This document shows positions 1 through 11,232 of a DNA stretch of 64,000 bases, piece after piece. Location: assembly GCA_963745035.1 (NCBI GenBank), contig CAVUVW010000019.1, positions 160,001-224,000 of the forward strand, given 5' to 3'. Source of the stretch: an uncultured delta proteobacterium (GTDB lineage: Bacteria; Desulfobacterota; Binatia; UBA9968). The notes beneath the pieces are model-generated. The model ran no database searches and was not told the origin of the DNA. It saw only the letters and a list, made by a program, of their open reading frames with translations. Position 1 is the stretch's first letter. Each line of letters opens with the position of its first letter. A program made the translations under genes and the position numbers.

Positions 1-446
1 TGCGCGTGCTCGTGCCAGCAGCCCTGCGGCGTAAGAATTAAGTCACCGTCCTCCATGACCATCTTCTGTCCATCGACGTTGGTGTAGGCGCCGTGCCCCT
101 GAAGTATGAAGCGAAACGCGGCCATGGTGTGGCGATGCGCGGGCGCGACCTCGCCCGGTTGGATCAATTGAAAGGACAGCAGGATCGTGTGGCTCGTCAT
201 CTCGCTTTCGGCCATGCCGGGATTCACTAGACGAATGACGCGCCGCTCGACGCTGCCGCTGGCGACGGAAATTTTTTCTTTGGCCTGAACCAGGCTGTCG
301 TAGATGTCGTGCCACTTCCAGAGATGCGGCTTGACCTTCGTCTTGGGATCGGAGGGCCGCTCGGCGTGATCCACGTTCCACAAGCCGGAAACCCAACGCG
401 GGCGGAGCAGATTGTTCAGCTCTTGGATCTCTTTGGAAAGTTCCAT
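1..446 (-). CDS. Cupin, gentisate 1,2-dioxygenase family (3' end runs off window)
   Basis: Manual translation from ATG at 446 (GGAGG RBS at 451-455): MELSKEIQ...PHLWKW...VERRVIRLVNPG...QLIQPGEVAPAHRHTMAAFRFILQGHGAYTNVDG...GDLILTPQGCWHEH. Not in the ORF track. Confidence 0.85.
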   Translation of the reverse strand, partial: MELSKEIQELNNLLRPRWVSGLWNVDHAERPSDPKTKVKPHLWKWHDIYDSLVQAKEKISVASGSVERRVIRLVNPGMAESEMTSHTILLSFQLIQPGEVAPAHRHTMAAFRFILQGHGAYTNVDGQKMVMEDGDLILTPQGCWHEHA

Positions 447-468
447 CAAACCTCCGAAGTATCTAAAA

Positions 469-570
469 ACGTTCAAACCGTTCAACCGCTTCGCTCCGTT
501 CAAGCCGTTCAAAACGTCCGAACCGAGCTGATCCGAGCGTTCTCAGATGGCTTGAACGATTTGAACGCGT
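469..570. repeat. Intergenic GTTCAA/TTGAAC tandem-inverted repeat element
   Basis: Several CGTTCAAnn units followed by inverted TTGAACG units. Confidence 0.75.
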
Positions 571-1315
571 TCAATCCGCCGGATAGCGGCGATAGACTCC
601 ATCGTAAAAATTGCCGATCATCTGTACGGCGATCTTACCGCAGTATTCGAGCGGCCAGCCGGCGCGTTCGTTGCCGTATCCTTCCTGCAGGGCGACTTCC
701 AGAATCGCTTGATTCGTGCCGCCGTGTTCTTCGTCGAGGTCGGCTTCCTCGTGAATGCGAAAGTACTTCATATCTTCCTTTTTGACGCCGTACTTCGGGA
801 GGCTCTGCTGGAAGTCGCGCGAGATGAAGCCGAAAATCTCTTCCTCCATGTGCACGGCGAAACATTCGGCGAGCGGAATATCGATCCAGGAGCGTACAAA
901 AAAATCGACGAGTCCGCGGGCTTCGGGAATCAGCTCGCACTCGATCATTTCTTCAGCCGATACTCCCAAGGGCTTGCCCAAGATGGGCAGCATGCGCGCA
1001 TGGCCGCCGATTGCCGGGCGTGGTGAATTCTTCGCCGATTTTTTGCGCGATGCGATTTTCCAATTCAGGATGTCTTTTGAAGAAACCTACGAATTGATGA
1101 TAGGCGGTCGCCATGCCGGTGTTGACCTCGAGGGCGAACGAGTACCAGTTTTTGATCCAACCCTGAAGGCGTGGGCGTGACAGCGTTCCAGCCCGAAGGT
1201 CGGTGAAGAAAGGCGAGGGTTGAACTTCGCGATGATAAGTATCGAGGATGACTTTTCGAATCGCTTCAGCCTTTTGCTTTGCTTCCTGCGCTGTCATTTT
1301 GATATGTTCGGCCAC
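571..1315 (-). CDS. Heme-oxygenase-like diiron protein (TenA/PqqC/CADD), frameshift near 1010
   Basis: ORFs 953..1315 and 571..993 join; motifs EEFTTPG..GHARM, HMEEE, FRIHEEADLDEEHG. Confidence 0.8.
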
Positions 1316-1489
1316 AGAAAATTCCTTTCTAACGATGCTTGGGTTCCTACGATTTGTAGCCGAAGGCTTCGCGCAATGTCAATGCGCGTCTTCGTGAGTA
1401 ATTGCGTGACCGCGATGACTCTATCCGCGTCCAGTCAGGCAAGCGCCCGGATTCCAGCGTAAATCAGGCGAGAACAAGGTTCTGTGTTC

Positions 1490-3781
1490 ATGGCATCAAA
1501 AATCGAAAATCCAAAATCTAGAATCCTGCCGGTTCCACGCATCGATTTGCGTGACAAAGTTACCGGCCAGGCGCAGTACGTCGAAGACTTGCCCGACCTG
1601 CCGAATACCGCCTACGGCGCGCCTATTCTGAGCCCGTACTCGCATGCACGAATTGTGCGAATCGATTCGACCGAAGCGTTGAAACTTCCCGGGGTGCTGG
1701 GGATCGTCGATCGTGACCACCTCGATGGCGTCAATCCCAGGCTGAAGCTTGCGCCGCACGAGCATCTTAGGATCGTCGACGATCAGGATGTCGTTGCCAT
1801 CGACAAGGTCCGGTTCGACGGCGATCTTGTCGCCTTGATCGTCGCCGACGATTTACGCACTGCCGAGCGGGCGCGAGAGAAAGTTAGAGTCGAGTACGAG
1901 CCGCTTCCATCGATCTTCGATGCGGTCGAAGCGCTCGCGCCTGGCGCGCCGATCCTGCACGAAGAACGCGGCAGCAATCTATTACTGGAAGACAGCCTGG
2001 TGTGGGGAGATATCGACGAAGGCTTTCGCCAGGCGGAGCGCGTTTTTGAAGAAACCTACTCTTCGCCGTCGATGTTTCATCACCCTATGGAACCGATCGG
2101 CGGCTGCCTGGTGCATTACACCAACGGCGAAGTGAATGTTTGGCTCCCAACCAGCTCGCCCATGCGCGACGCAGCCGAGTTCGCGCACTTTCTCGGTATC
2201 GAGATGGACAAGGTTCGCCTCCGCGTCCCCTACGTCGGCGGCGGTTTCGGCTCGAAGATCCCCACGACAGCGCACTTTGCCGCGCTCGTAGCATCACGAA
2301 GAACGGGGCGGCCGGTCCGAATAATCCCTTCGGCCGATTACAGCTTCCGGCAGAACTCGCGCCACGCGGAGGTTTTCAAAGCCAAAGTCGGCGTCAAAGG
2401 CGATGGAACGATCACCGCTCTGGACGTCGATCTCATCGTCGATACCGGGGCCTACACCACCGGCGGCGCTACTGCTGCGCACAATTCGGTTATTTCCGCG
2501 TGGGGCTGTTATCGCATTCCTCACCTGCGCATCAAGGGCCGCTGCGTTTACACCAACAAAGTTCCCGCCGGTCACACCCGCGCAACCGGCAAGATACAAA
2601 CGACCTGGGGCATCGAGTGCACGATGGATAGCGTCGCGCGCCAGATGGGTATCGATCCGTACGAGTTTCGCAAGAAGAATGCGCTTATGCGCGGCGATTT
2701 CGTCTGCAAAGGCACGCCGCGAATGGATACGGACTATCTCGATCTCATGACGGAAGCGATCGCGGGAATCGGTTGGGACGGCAAATCGAATTTGACGCCG
2801 GCTCGTGAGAGCGGCGACTCACCTTGGGCGCGCGGCCGCGGTATGGCGCTGAGTTTGCGGCACGGATCCCAGGGCGGCGGGCGGGCGTACGCGCTTGTGA
2901 CCATGGATGCGCGCGGCGTCCTGACGGTTCAGCACAACGCGCCGGAGATCGGCCAGGGCACGCACAATCTGTTCAGTGTGGTCGCGGCGCAGACCTTGGG
3001 CATCTCACAGGAACAGATTCGCGTACGCACCCCGGACACGGCGGTGAGCTTACCATTTGCCGGCGTCAGTGCGCAGCGAACCACCATGCAGATGGGCAAC
3101 GCGGTGCACAACGCCTGCAACAAGCTCAAGCAAGAGCTTTTTTCTTTGGCCGCTCAGGCCAAGGGCGGCAAGCCTGAAGAGTGGCAAATGATCGAGGGGC
3201 GGCTTTGCTGGGGCGAGGCGAGCTTTCCGATCAGCGAAATTATTCGCCTGGCGGGTGGTGGGGTGGTCTTGAAAGCGGTGGGGTATCACAGCGTGCCACC
3301 GATGGTAAAGGATTCGGCGTTTGCCGGCATGGATCACTGGGCACCGAGCGGGGCCGCCATCGATCTCGAAGTGAATCGCGATACCGGCGAGCTGCGCATT
3401 CTTGGCTACGCGGTCATCGCGGATGCCGGGAAAGCGATCCACTATCCTTCGGCGAAATCACAGGTGGAAGGCGGCGCTGTGATGGGCTTCGGCCATGCGC
3501 TGTTCGAGGAGACGGTTTACCAAGATGGGCAATTTCAGAACGGCGACCCGTTTCAATACCGCCTGCCGATCATGAAGGACATCCCTGCGGATTTTTACTC
3601 TTCGATGCTCGAGAAGGGTGATGGACCGGGACCTTTCGGATCGAAGGGTATGGCGCAAACTTCTATCGTCACCGTGGCGCCGGCCATCGGCAACGCCGTC
3701 TACGATGCGCTCGGCGTGCGGGTCAGGTCCCTGCCGATCACGCCGGAAAAAATTCTCCGGGCGATGGGAAGAATAGTCTAG
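1490..3781 (+). CDS. Xanthine dehydrogenase family molybdopterin-binding large subunit
   Basis: KVTGQAQYVED, VGGGFGSK, QVEGGAVMGFGHAL, GPFGSKGMAQ, LPITPEKIL. Confidence 0.93.
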   Translation: MASKIENPKSRILPVPRIDLRDKVTGQAQYVEDLPDLPNTAYGAPILSPYSHARIVRIDSTEALKLPGVLGIVDRDHLDGVNPRLKLAPHEHLRIVDDQDVVAIDKVRFDGDLVALIVADDLRTAERAREKVRVEYEPLPSIFDAVEALAPGAPILHEERGSNLLLEDSLVWGDIDEGFRQAERVFEETYSSPSMFHHPMEPIGGCLVHYTNGEVNVWLPTSSPMRDAAEFAHFLGIEMDKVRLRVPYVGGGFGSKIPTTAHFAALVASRRTGRPVRIIPSADYSFRQNSRHAEVFKAKVGVKGDGTITALDVDLIVDTGAYTTGGATAAHNSVISAWGCYRIPHLRIKGRCVYTNKVPAGHTRATGKIQTTWGIECTMDSVARQMGIDPYEFRKKNALMRGDFVCKGTPRMDTDYLDLMTEAIAGIGWDGKSNLTPARESGDSPWARGRGMALSLRHGSQGGGRAYALVTMDARGVLTVQHNAPEIGQGTHNLFSVVAAQTLGISQEQIRVRTPDTAVSLPFAGVSAQRTTMQMGNAVHNACNKLKQELFSLAAQAKGGKPEEWQMIEGRLCWGEASFPISEIIRLAGGGVVLKAVGYHSVPPMVKDSAFAGMDHWAPSGAAIDLEVNRDTGELRILGYAVIADAGKAIHYPSAKSQVEGGAVMGFGHALFEETVYQDGQFQNGDPFQYRLPIMKDIPADFYSSMLEKGDGPGPFGSKGMAQTSIVTVAPAIGNAVYDALGVRVRSLPITPEKILRAMGRIV

Positions 3782-3828
3782 AGTTTCGCATCTCGGGTCT
3801 CGAGTTTCCGACCAAGATCACCCTGCGC

Positions 3829-4699
3829 ATGCTAAGCAAACTAAAACTTGTTCAGCCGACCACGGTTGCGGAAGCTTCCGGCGCTCTTGAGGATTACGGT
3901 GATAAGGCGAAGCTCTACGCCGGTGGCGCGGAGTTGTTGCTGCTTCTGCGCAATGGCTTGTTGGAGACGGAGCTCCTGGTCGACGTAAAGAAGATCGAGC
4001 GGCTGCATCGCATTTCGTTAGATGACAGCGTGCTCCGAATCGGCGCCTGCGTTACCCATCGCGCCCTGGAAAACAACGCCCTCGCGCGAGAGCACGCCCC
4101 GGCCTTTGCGTATGCCGAATCGCAGGTCGCGAACATCCGCGTGCGTAATCAAGGCACGCTTGGCGGCAATCTGGCTTTCAACGATCCGCATTCCGATCCA
4201 GGCACCGCTCTGCTAATTCACGATGCCGCAGTAATCATCGGAAACAGAGCGGGCGAGCGGCGCGTCGGCGCTCGATAAATTTTTTGTGGATATGTACGCG
4301 ACGGTTCTTGAACCCAGTGAGTTATTGCTGGAAGTGGAGGTGCCGGCGCTGCCGGAAGGAATGCGGAGCGCTTATCTACGTCTCCACCGCTATCAGCGTC
4401 CCACGCTCGGCGTTGCCGTTGCCATGCGTATGACCGCTGAGACGATCGAGGACGTCCGCTTGGCGGTAGGGTGTGTGGGACCGAAAGCCGAACGTTTGAG
4501 CGAACTGGAGTCAAAAATCAGGGGAACAGAGCTAAACGAAGCGAAGCGAATGCTGACCGATGGGAAGAAGTATTTACGCGGGTTGCTCCGACCGGTGGAC
4601 GACCTACTCGGAAGCGCGGATTATAAACTGTACATGACCGGTGTCATGCTGAGCGACGCTTTGGAGCAAGCGGTTCGAAGCAACGGTGCAGCGCGGTAA
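3829..4699 (+). CDS. Xanthine dehydrogenase family FAD-binding subunit, frameshift near 4275
   Basis: YAGGAEL, IRVRNQGTLGGNL, DPHSDP; C-terminal half in ORF 4286..4699 (GSADYK). Confidence 0.88.
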
Positions 4700-4816
4700 G
4701 CAGTTTTTACGATCATTTACGGAGGACTCCGTAGTCTTATCCGTTCCTTCAACCTTCCCCCTTGACGGGGAAGGAAAAGTAAAAGCGGCTGAACTTGAAT
4801 CGAGAGAAGCTGCAGT

Positions 4817-5299
4817 ATGGAAGCGCAAAGCAAATTCAATCTAGCTCTAACGATCAACGGCAACTCCTGGTCGGGTGAGGTGCCCATCGAGGAGACGCTG
4901 CTCGAATTACTGCGCAACCGTTTGCGGCTCACCGGGACGAAGCGCTCCTGTGAGTCCGAAGTTTGCGGCGCCTGCACGGTGTTGGTCGAAGGCCGTCCGG
5001 TAAGTGCCTGCAGCTATCTAGCTTTCGAGGCGCATGAAAAATCGGTTCTTACGATTGAAGGCGTCGCGCAAAATGATCGATTGGATCCCCTACAAGAAGC
5101 TTTCATCCGCAATATCGGCGCGCAGTGCGGTTACTGCACGCCGGGGCAAATCATGGCGGCCAAGGCGCTGTTGATTGAAAACCCTCATCCCACCCGCGAA
5201 CAGATTGCCGAATGGCTCAGCGGCAATATTTGCCGCTGCGGCGCCTACGGTGCCATCGCGCAATCCATTCTCGAAGCCGCTGAAGAATATCAAAAGTGA
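4817..5299 (+). CDS. Xanthine dehydrogenase family [2Fe-2S] subunit
   Basis: GTKRSCESEVCGACTV, QCGYCTPG, GNICRCGAY. Confidence 0.95.
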   Translation: MEAQSKFNLALTINGNSWSGEVPIEETLLELLRNRLRLTGTKRSCESEVCGACTVLVEGRPVSACSYLAFEAHEKSVLTIEGVAQNDRLDPLQEAFIRNIGAQCGYCTPGQIMAAKALLIENPHPTREQIAEWLSGNICRCGAYGAIAQSILEAAEEYQK

Positions 5300-5315
5300 A
5301 AGGTTCCGCTCCTCG

Positions 5316-6289
5316 ATGAAACAACTAATTTCTGCATTCTCTCCTTGCTGATCGGCTTGCTCGCCGTCGCGCCCGGAATCCTCGCCTGCCGCCGATAAGA
5401 TCCGCATTTCGGTCACTAACTTCAACATGAGCTTCCTGCCATCGGGATTGGCGGTCAAGCGAGGATTCTTCAGGGACGAAGGCATCGAGGCGGAAATCAT
5501 CCGGATGAACGCCAACGTCGCGATCAACGCGTTGGCGAGCGGCGACACCGGACTACACGATGATCTTCGGCTCGGTGGTGCGCGCGGCGATTCGCGGTTT
5601 GCCCATGAAGGTTGTCGCGAGCTTGATCGATGGGTCGACCCACGCGCTGATCACCCGGCCGGAGTTCAAAACGGCCAAGGATTTAAAAGGCAAGACCCTG
5701 GGCATTCAAGCGTACGGTGCCACGGACCAAGTCGCGGCGATCATGATGCTCAAGCATCTCGGCGTCGACGCCGAGAAGGAAATCAAGTTTGTCGCATTGG
5801 GACCGGCTGCGGGCCGTCTGGCTGCTCTCAAGGAAGGTGTGGTGGAAGTCGCGGTGATCTCGCCGCCGGGGGATGAGGAAGGGCGTAAGATGGGCTTCAA
5901 CATATTGGCGCGAGCCTACGAGCTGTTCAGCTTTCCATTCGTGGGACTGGGTACGAGCACGCGTAAAATCAAAGAACGCCCCGACGAGGTTAAACGGACC
6001 ATCAAGGCGTTGATCAAGGCGAATCGGTTCATCCGTCAGAACCGCGAAGGCACGATCCAAACCCTGGCTGAGTGGGGACGGACAACGCCGGCGCTGGCCG
6101 CGGCGGCATACGATTCGGCATTCAAGGTTTACAATCTCGATGGCAGCATTCCCGATGAAGGTCTGCTCGCAGTCATCGAACAGGCGGTCAAGGAATCCAA
6201 GCCGACGCGACCAATCGGACCAAGCGACGTCGCGGATATCGACGGCGCTCCGAGAGGCGCAGAGGGAACTAGGGATCAAAGGGAGATGA
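5316..6289 (+). CDS. ABC substrate-binding protein (SsuA/THI5/NMT1-like), several frameshifts
   Basis: KRGFFRDEGIEAEII (ORF 5427) joins ORF 5560 (DLKGKTLG); true end LREAQRELGIKGR*; close paralog of 12550..13506. Confidence 0.8.
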
Positions 6290-6364
6290 TGAGCTCGGAT
6301 GCATATTTTCATGGGACTGCGGGGATTGCCACCGTCGAAATGATGAAAGACATCAAGCAGCATT

Positions 6365-6451
6365 CGTCACGCCGGCGCACGCCGGCGTCCAGACACCCAA
6401 CGCAAGGACAAAATCACAGCAAACTGGATTCCGGCGTCCGCCGGAATGACG
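6365..6451. repeat. REP-like GTCAY...TCCA / TGGATTCC...ATGAC palindromic element
   Basis: CGTCACGCCGGCGCACGCCGGCGTCCAG...CTGGATTCCGGCGTCCGCCGGAATGACG. Confidence 0.75.
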
Positions 6452-6509
6452 CGCGGAGGAATTCGGCTTCGGTGCTTATCCTAATCGTCGTATTTTCGGT
6501 GACGCTCTC

Positions 6510-7430
6510 ATGGCGCGAACTTCGCTCACGCCCAGGTCGTTGGAAAAAGTCCGGATTGGCATGCCGAGCCTTTCGCTCAGCTTCGTCGCGCCCCAGGTCG
6601 CTTACGCCCGCGGGTTCTTTCGCGAGGAAGGAATCGATGCGGAGATCATTCGCATCGCAACCAACATCGGCATCGTTGCGGTTACCACAAAGGAGATCGG
6701 CTACACGACTGCCGTCGGCGCCGGGCTGCGCAGCGCCGTCAGGGGGCTGCCGCTGAAAGTCGTCACGTACTTCAACGGTCGGCCGCTGCATGTGTTAGTG
6801 GCCAAGCCGGAGCTGAAAGCATTGCCTGATCTCCGGCGCAAAGTGATCGGTTTTGCCGGCTATGGCGATTCGACCGAGTTCATGCTGCGCGCCATCCTGC
6901 GGCAAGGCAACATGGATCTGGAAAAAGACGTACAGGCTTTCCAGGTTTCGGGGAGCGGCCAGCGGCTGCAGGCACTGCTCAGCGGGAAGTTGGACGCCGC
7001 GATTGTCCCGCCGCCGTTCAATTTCGAAGCGGAAAGCAAGGGCTTTGTGCGGCTGATGGCGGCGGCCGACGTTTTCGAAACCAGCGTTTCGGGTTTGGCT
7101 CTGCACAACGACACGCTCAAAGAAAAGCCGGCGCAGGTCAAACGAATGCTGCGCGCGCTCTTGAAAGCCCAGAACTTCATCAGAAGCAACAAAGCGGAAA
7201 GCGTGCGAGTGATCGCGGACTGGCTCAAGCTCGATCCCGGCATCGCTCAAGCGTCCTACGACATTTACGTCAAAGGCATGAGCCAGAACGGCATGGTGCC
7301 GGAACGAGTGCTGGAAACCGACATCGAGCGCGCGCGTAAGGAACAGAACGTCAAAGAAGCCATGCCGGTGAACAGAATCGTCGATTTCACGATGCTCAAA
7401 GAAGCGTTGAACGAATTGGGGATGAAGTAG
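6510..7430 (+). CDS. ABC substrate-binding protein (SsuA/THI5-like); true start probably slightly upstream
   Basis: RGFFREEGIDAEII, RLQALLSGKLDAAIVPPPF, VDFTMLKEA. Confidence 0.88.
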   Translation: MARTSLTPRSLEKVRIGMPSLSLSFVAPQVAYARGFFREEGIDAEIIRIATNIGIVAVTTKEIGYTTAVGAGLRSAVRGLPLKVVTYFNGRPLHVLVAKPELKALPDLRRKVIGFAGYGDSTEFMLRAILRQGNMDLEKDVQAFQVSGSGQRLQALLSGKLDAAIVPPPFNFEAESKGFVRLMAAADVFETSVSGLALHNDTLKEKPAQVKRMLRALLKAQNFIRSNKAESVRVIADWLKLDPGIAQASYDIYVKGMSQNGMVPERVLETDIERARKEQNVKEAMPVNRIVDFTMLKEALNELGMK

Positions 7431-7473
7431 GTTTCGAAGTTAGTATCGTAGGAAGATACACGGTCACAAGACT

Positions 7474-7560
7474 TCCCCCTTTGAAAAAGGGGGATCGAGG
7501 GGGATTTATTCTACCGCAGCGGCTGAAAATCTCCCCTTGCCCCTCTTTTTCAAAGAGGGG
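7474..7560. repeat. CCCCCTTTGAAAAAGGGGG-type paired palindromic element
   Basis: CCCCCTTTGAAAAAGGGGGATCGAGGGGGATT ... AATCTCCCCTTGCCCCTCTTTTTCAAAGAGGGG. Confidence 0.75.
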
Positions 7561-7583
7561 TCTGAGATGAGAGGAACGGAACT

Positions 7584-8540
7584 GTGGTAAAGGCAAGAGC
7601 ATTCGTCGGCATTCTTCTACTCATCATCGGTTTTTGGAGTTCTCGGGAAGCCTTCGCCGCTGACCGTGTGCGATTCGCTTATCCGGCGAAGAGCTTGAAT
7701 TATCTGCCCATCACGATGGGACGCGACAAAGGTATCTTCCAGGCCGAGGGCATCGATCTGCAGATGGTTCTCGTCGCTTCGACGATCCAAGTTGCAGCGC
7801 TCACCACTGGCGACATCGATTTTTCCGGCGCCCAGTCCCAGGTGATGGCCGGAGCGGCGCGCGGCTTGCCGGTCAAGGTCGTCGGCTTTCTCACGATCAA
7901 GCCGTCCTTTTGGTTGATGTCGAAGCCCGAGATCAAGACGATGGCCGATCTCAAAGGTAAAATCGTCGGCATCACCGCGATCGGTTCGTCTACGGATACG
8001 CTTGCGCGATTTCTCGTGAGCAAAAACGGTCTGACGCCGGACCGCGAGGTCGCGTTCATCGGCACGGGCACGACTTCCAATATTCTCACTGCGATGAAAG
8101 CCGGAACGGTGGATGCCGGAGTGTTGTCGCCGCCGTTCAACGCCATGGCCACGCAAATGGGCTACCGCACCTTGGCTTATTTCGGAGATTACGTCGAGCA
8201 GTCACTCTCGGGGGTCGGCACTTCCGATCGAATGATCCGGGAACGGCCCGAGCTTGTGCGACGCATGCTGATCGCGACGATCAAGAGCCTGCGCTTCATC
8301 CAGCAGCGGCCGGCCGACTCGATTCAGTTTATCAGCAAAGAGTGGAGCGTGGACTCCTCCGCGGCCACCGAGCTTTACAAGTCGATGCTGCCGGCTTTTT
8401 CCAAGGACGGCGGCATGAATGAGAAAGGCATTCGCGACGCGCTGAAGCGGGAGACCGAGCGCATGGCGCTCAAAGAAGAGACGCCGCTCTCGAAAGTGAT
8501 GGATCTGCGGCTGCTGAGGGAAGTGCAACAGATTAGATAA
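7584..8540 (+). CDS. ABC substrate-binding protein (SsuA/THI5-like)
   Basis: Signal peptide, KGIFQAEGIDL, DLKGKIVGI, LSPPF. Confidence 0.9.
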   Translation: MVKARAFVGILLLIIGFWSSREAFAADRVRFAYPAKSLNYLPITMGRDKGIFQAEGIDLQMVLVASTIQVAALTTGDIDFSGAQSQVMAGAARGLPVKVVGFLTIKPSFWLMSKPEIKTMADLKGKIVGITAIGSSTDTLARFLVSKNGLTPDREVAFIGTGTTSNILTAMKAGTVDAGVLSPPFNAMATQMGYRTLAYFGDYVEQSLSGVGTSDRMIRERPELVRRMLIATIKSLRFIQQRPADSIQFISKEWSVDSSAATELYKSMLPAFSKDGGMNEKGIRDALKRETERMALKEETPLSKVMDLRLLREVQQIR

Positions 8541-8680
8541 CGTTCAAGCGGTTCAAGTCGTTCAAAACGTTCAATCCGTTTCGGAGGTTCGGACTTTGTG
8601 ATTTGTGCATAGAATCCGAAGACGGTTTGAACGGCTTGAACGGACCCCGGACTCGATCCGGGGATTGAACGATTTGAACG
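8541..8680. repeat. GTTCAA/TTGAAC tandem-inverted repeat element
   Basis: Four GTTCAA units at 9-bp spacing, then four TTGAAC units. Confidence 0.8.
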
Positions 8681-8698
8681 TGTTCAGAGGTTAGATCG

Positions 8699-10104
8699 AT
8701 GAAACAACCAGACGGAATGCGAAGTTGGCTCGAAGCAAGCCGATGCCCTGGGCGAGATCCGAACAATTGAAGGAGCGGATTGGGATCTCGAGATCGGCGG
8801 GGTGGCCGACATCGTCAACGAGCGCGGCAGCTCGCCGGCGGTGCTGTTCGATTCCGTAAAAGGCTATCCGAAGGGTTATCGGGTACTCGTCAACTCGCTC
8901 GGCTCGACCAAGCGGCTGGGATTGAGCCTCGGAATGCCGCAGAACTTGAACGCCATGGAATTCGTTTCCGAGTGGCGCCGAAGGTCGAAGGATCTGAAGC
9001 ATATTCCGCCGCGCGTGGTGACCGATGGGCCGGTGCTGGAGAATATTCAGCGCGGCAAGGATGTCAATATTCTCTCTTTCCCGACGCCGCGCTGGTTCGA
9101 ATTGGACGGCGGCCGATATATCGGTACCGGCAGCGTCAATATCACCCACGATCCGGAGGAAGGCTGGACCAATCTGGGCACGGCGCGGGTGATGATTCAC
9201 GACGAAAATACCGTGGGTTTTTATATCGCGCCGGGGCGCCATGGGCGCATCCACCGCGACAAGGCCTTCGCGCGCGGCGAGCCGTTCAAGGTGGCGATCT
9301 CGGTCGGGACATGATCCGTTGATATTTCTCGCCGGCGCTCTCGAAGTGCCTTACGGCGTTTGCGAGTACGACTTCATCGGCGGGATTCAGGGCGAACCGG
9401 TCGATGTGATTCGCGGCGAGTTCACCGGCTTGCCGATTCCAGCGACGGCGGAAATTGTCCTGGAAGGCGAGTGCGTGCCCGGACCGGAGAAGATCGAAGG
9501 GCCTTTCGGCGAGTGGACCGGATATTACGGTAGCTCGTCGCGGCCCGAGCCCATCGTGAAAATTAAAAACGTCATGCACCGTAACGATCCCATCCTGCTC
9601 GGCTACACGCGCAAGTGGCGCGCGCCGCTCAAGGCGGCGCTGGTGTGGGACGATCTGGAAGGCGCCGGCGTGCCGGACGTGCGCGGCGTGTGGTACCACG
9701 AGGCCGCCGGAGCGGCGTATCTGTTCCTGGTCGTCTCCATCAAGCAGCGTTATCCCGGCCATGCGCGGCAGGCGGGATTGATTGCGACGGAATGCCACGC
9801 CGCGGCGTACTTGGGTCGTTATACGATAGTGGTCGATGATGACATCGACCCCACTAATTTGAACGAAGTCTTGTGGGCGGTGTGCACCCGCTCCGATCCG
9901 TCGGTGGATATCGAAATCTTGCGCCGCTGCTGGAGCGGTCCGCTCGATCCGATCATTCACAAGGACAAGAAGGGCTTCAACTCCCGCGCGATCATCGATG
10001 CGACCCGGCCTTACGAGTGGAAGGACACCTTTCCGCAGGTGTCGCGCTCGAGCAAACAGCTGCGGGAGCAGATTCTGTCGAAGTGGGCGGACAAATTGTC
10101 GTAA
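8699..10104 (+). CDS. UbiD family prFMN-dependent decarboxylase, frameshifts near 8735 and 9310
   Basis: GADWDLEIGG, DGGRYIGTG, EIVLEG, EGPFGEWTGYY, VVDDDIDP, IIDATRP. Confidence 0.9.
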
Positions 10105-10142
10105 TTCAGCTCAGATCGTTACGACGTTACCTCACGCGAGGT

Positions 10143-10210
10143 CGTCACTCCCGCGAATTTAGGGAGTCCAGGTTCACAAGCACTGGATTCCCGTTTCCAC
10201 GGGAATGACG
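10143..10210. repeat. REP-like GTCAYTCCC palindromic element
   Basis: CGTCACTCCCGCG...GGGAGTCCAG...CTGGATTCCCGTTTCCACGGGAATGACG. Confidence 0.75.
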
Positions 10211-10258
10211 GATTAAGCCGGAGAGTCGCGTCAAAAAGGAAACACAACAGGAGCAAAC

Positions 10259-11222
10259 ATGGCACTGCAACTGACCATCGCCTGCGGCGATTATGACCGG
10301 ACCCATCCGCTGATCGACGGCTCGGTCAAGCCGGAGGGGATCGAGCTCAACTGGCTCGTGCTGCCGCATCTCGAGATCTGGACGCGCATGCTGAATTATT
10401 ACGACTTCGATGCTTCGGAGATTTCGTTGTCGTCCTACATCACGTCCAAGATGCATGGGGAAGCCGCTCACCGCTATACCGGTGTTCCCGGCCCGCGCCT
10501 TTCGCCATTCCTATATTTTCATCAACACCAAGAGCGGTATCCGCGAGCCGAAGGACTTGACGGGCAAGCGGGTCGGTCTCGGCGAGTTTCAGCAAACCGC
10601 GACGGTGTGGATGCGCGGGATGCTGCAACATGAGTACGGAGTCAATCTGGATGAGATCGAGTGGCACCTGTGGACGCCGCACGCCCGCATGGAGATGGAG
10701 TTGCCCAAGCGCTACAAGGTCAAGCGGATCCCGCCGGACCGGAAACCAGATCAGATGTTTTTCGACGGCGAGCTGGATGCGATCATGGTGCCCAGTTTGT
10801 TCCCATCGTTGTTCAGTCCGCCGCCGCATATCCGGCGATTGTTCGAGGACTCTCCTAAGGTCGAAGCGGAATACTTCAAGAACACCGGCATCTTTCCGAT
10901 CATGCACTCAGTCGCGCTGCGCCAGGACGTATGGGACGAGCATCCTTGGATTGCGCGCAGCCTGTTCAAGGCCTTTCAGCGCGCGAAGGAGGACGCTTAC
11001 GCAAGGCTCAAGGACTTGTCGCCGTACAAAATCAGTCTGGCGTGGTTTCGCGGCCCGGTGGAGGAGCAGGAACGCATACTTGGCGCCGATCCGTGGCCTT
11101 ATGGACTCGAAAAGAATCGCCACGTGATCGAAACGCTTGCCACCTATCTGTACGAGCAAGGGCTGGCGGATCGGAAGATGCCGCTGGAGGAACTGTTCGC
11201 GCCGAATACGCTTGATCTATGA
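10259..11222 (+). CDS. 4,5-dihydroxyphthalate decarboxylase-like protein, frameshift near 10455
   Basis: LTIACGDYDRT, FDASEISLSSY, PVFPARAFRHS, TATVWMRG, TGIFPIMH, DPWPYG. Confidence 0.85.
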
Positions 11223-11232
11223 TCGGTCGAAG

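Noticed and set aside
1490-3781. Aerobic CO dehydrogenase CoxL
   Set aside because: Lacks the AYxCSFR loop (has AGHTRATG); the second large subunit has AGPYRGVG
8541-8680. Short periodic repeats as a CRISPR array
   Set aside because: Units are 6-9 bp with no unique spacers, and there are no cas genes
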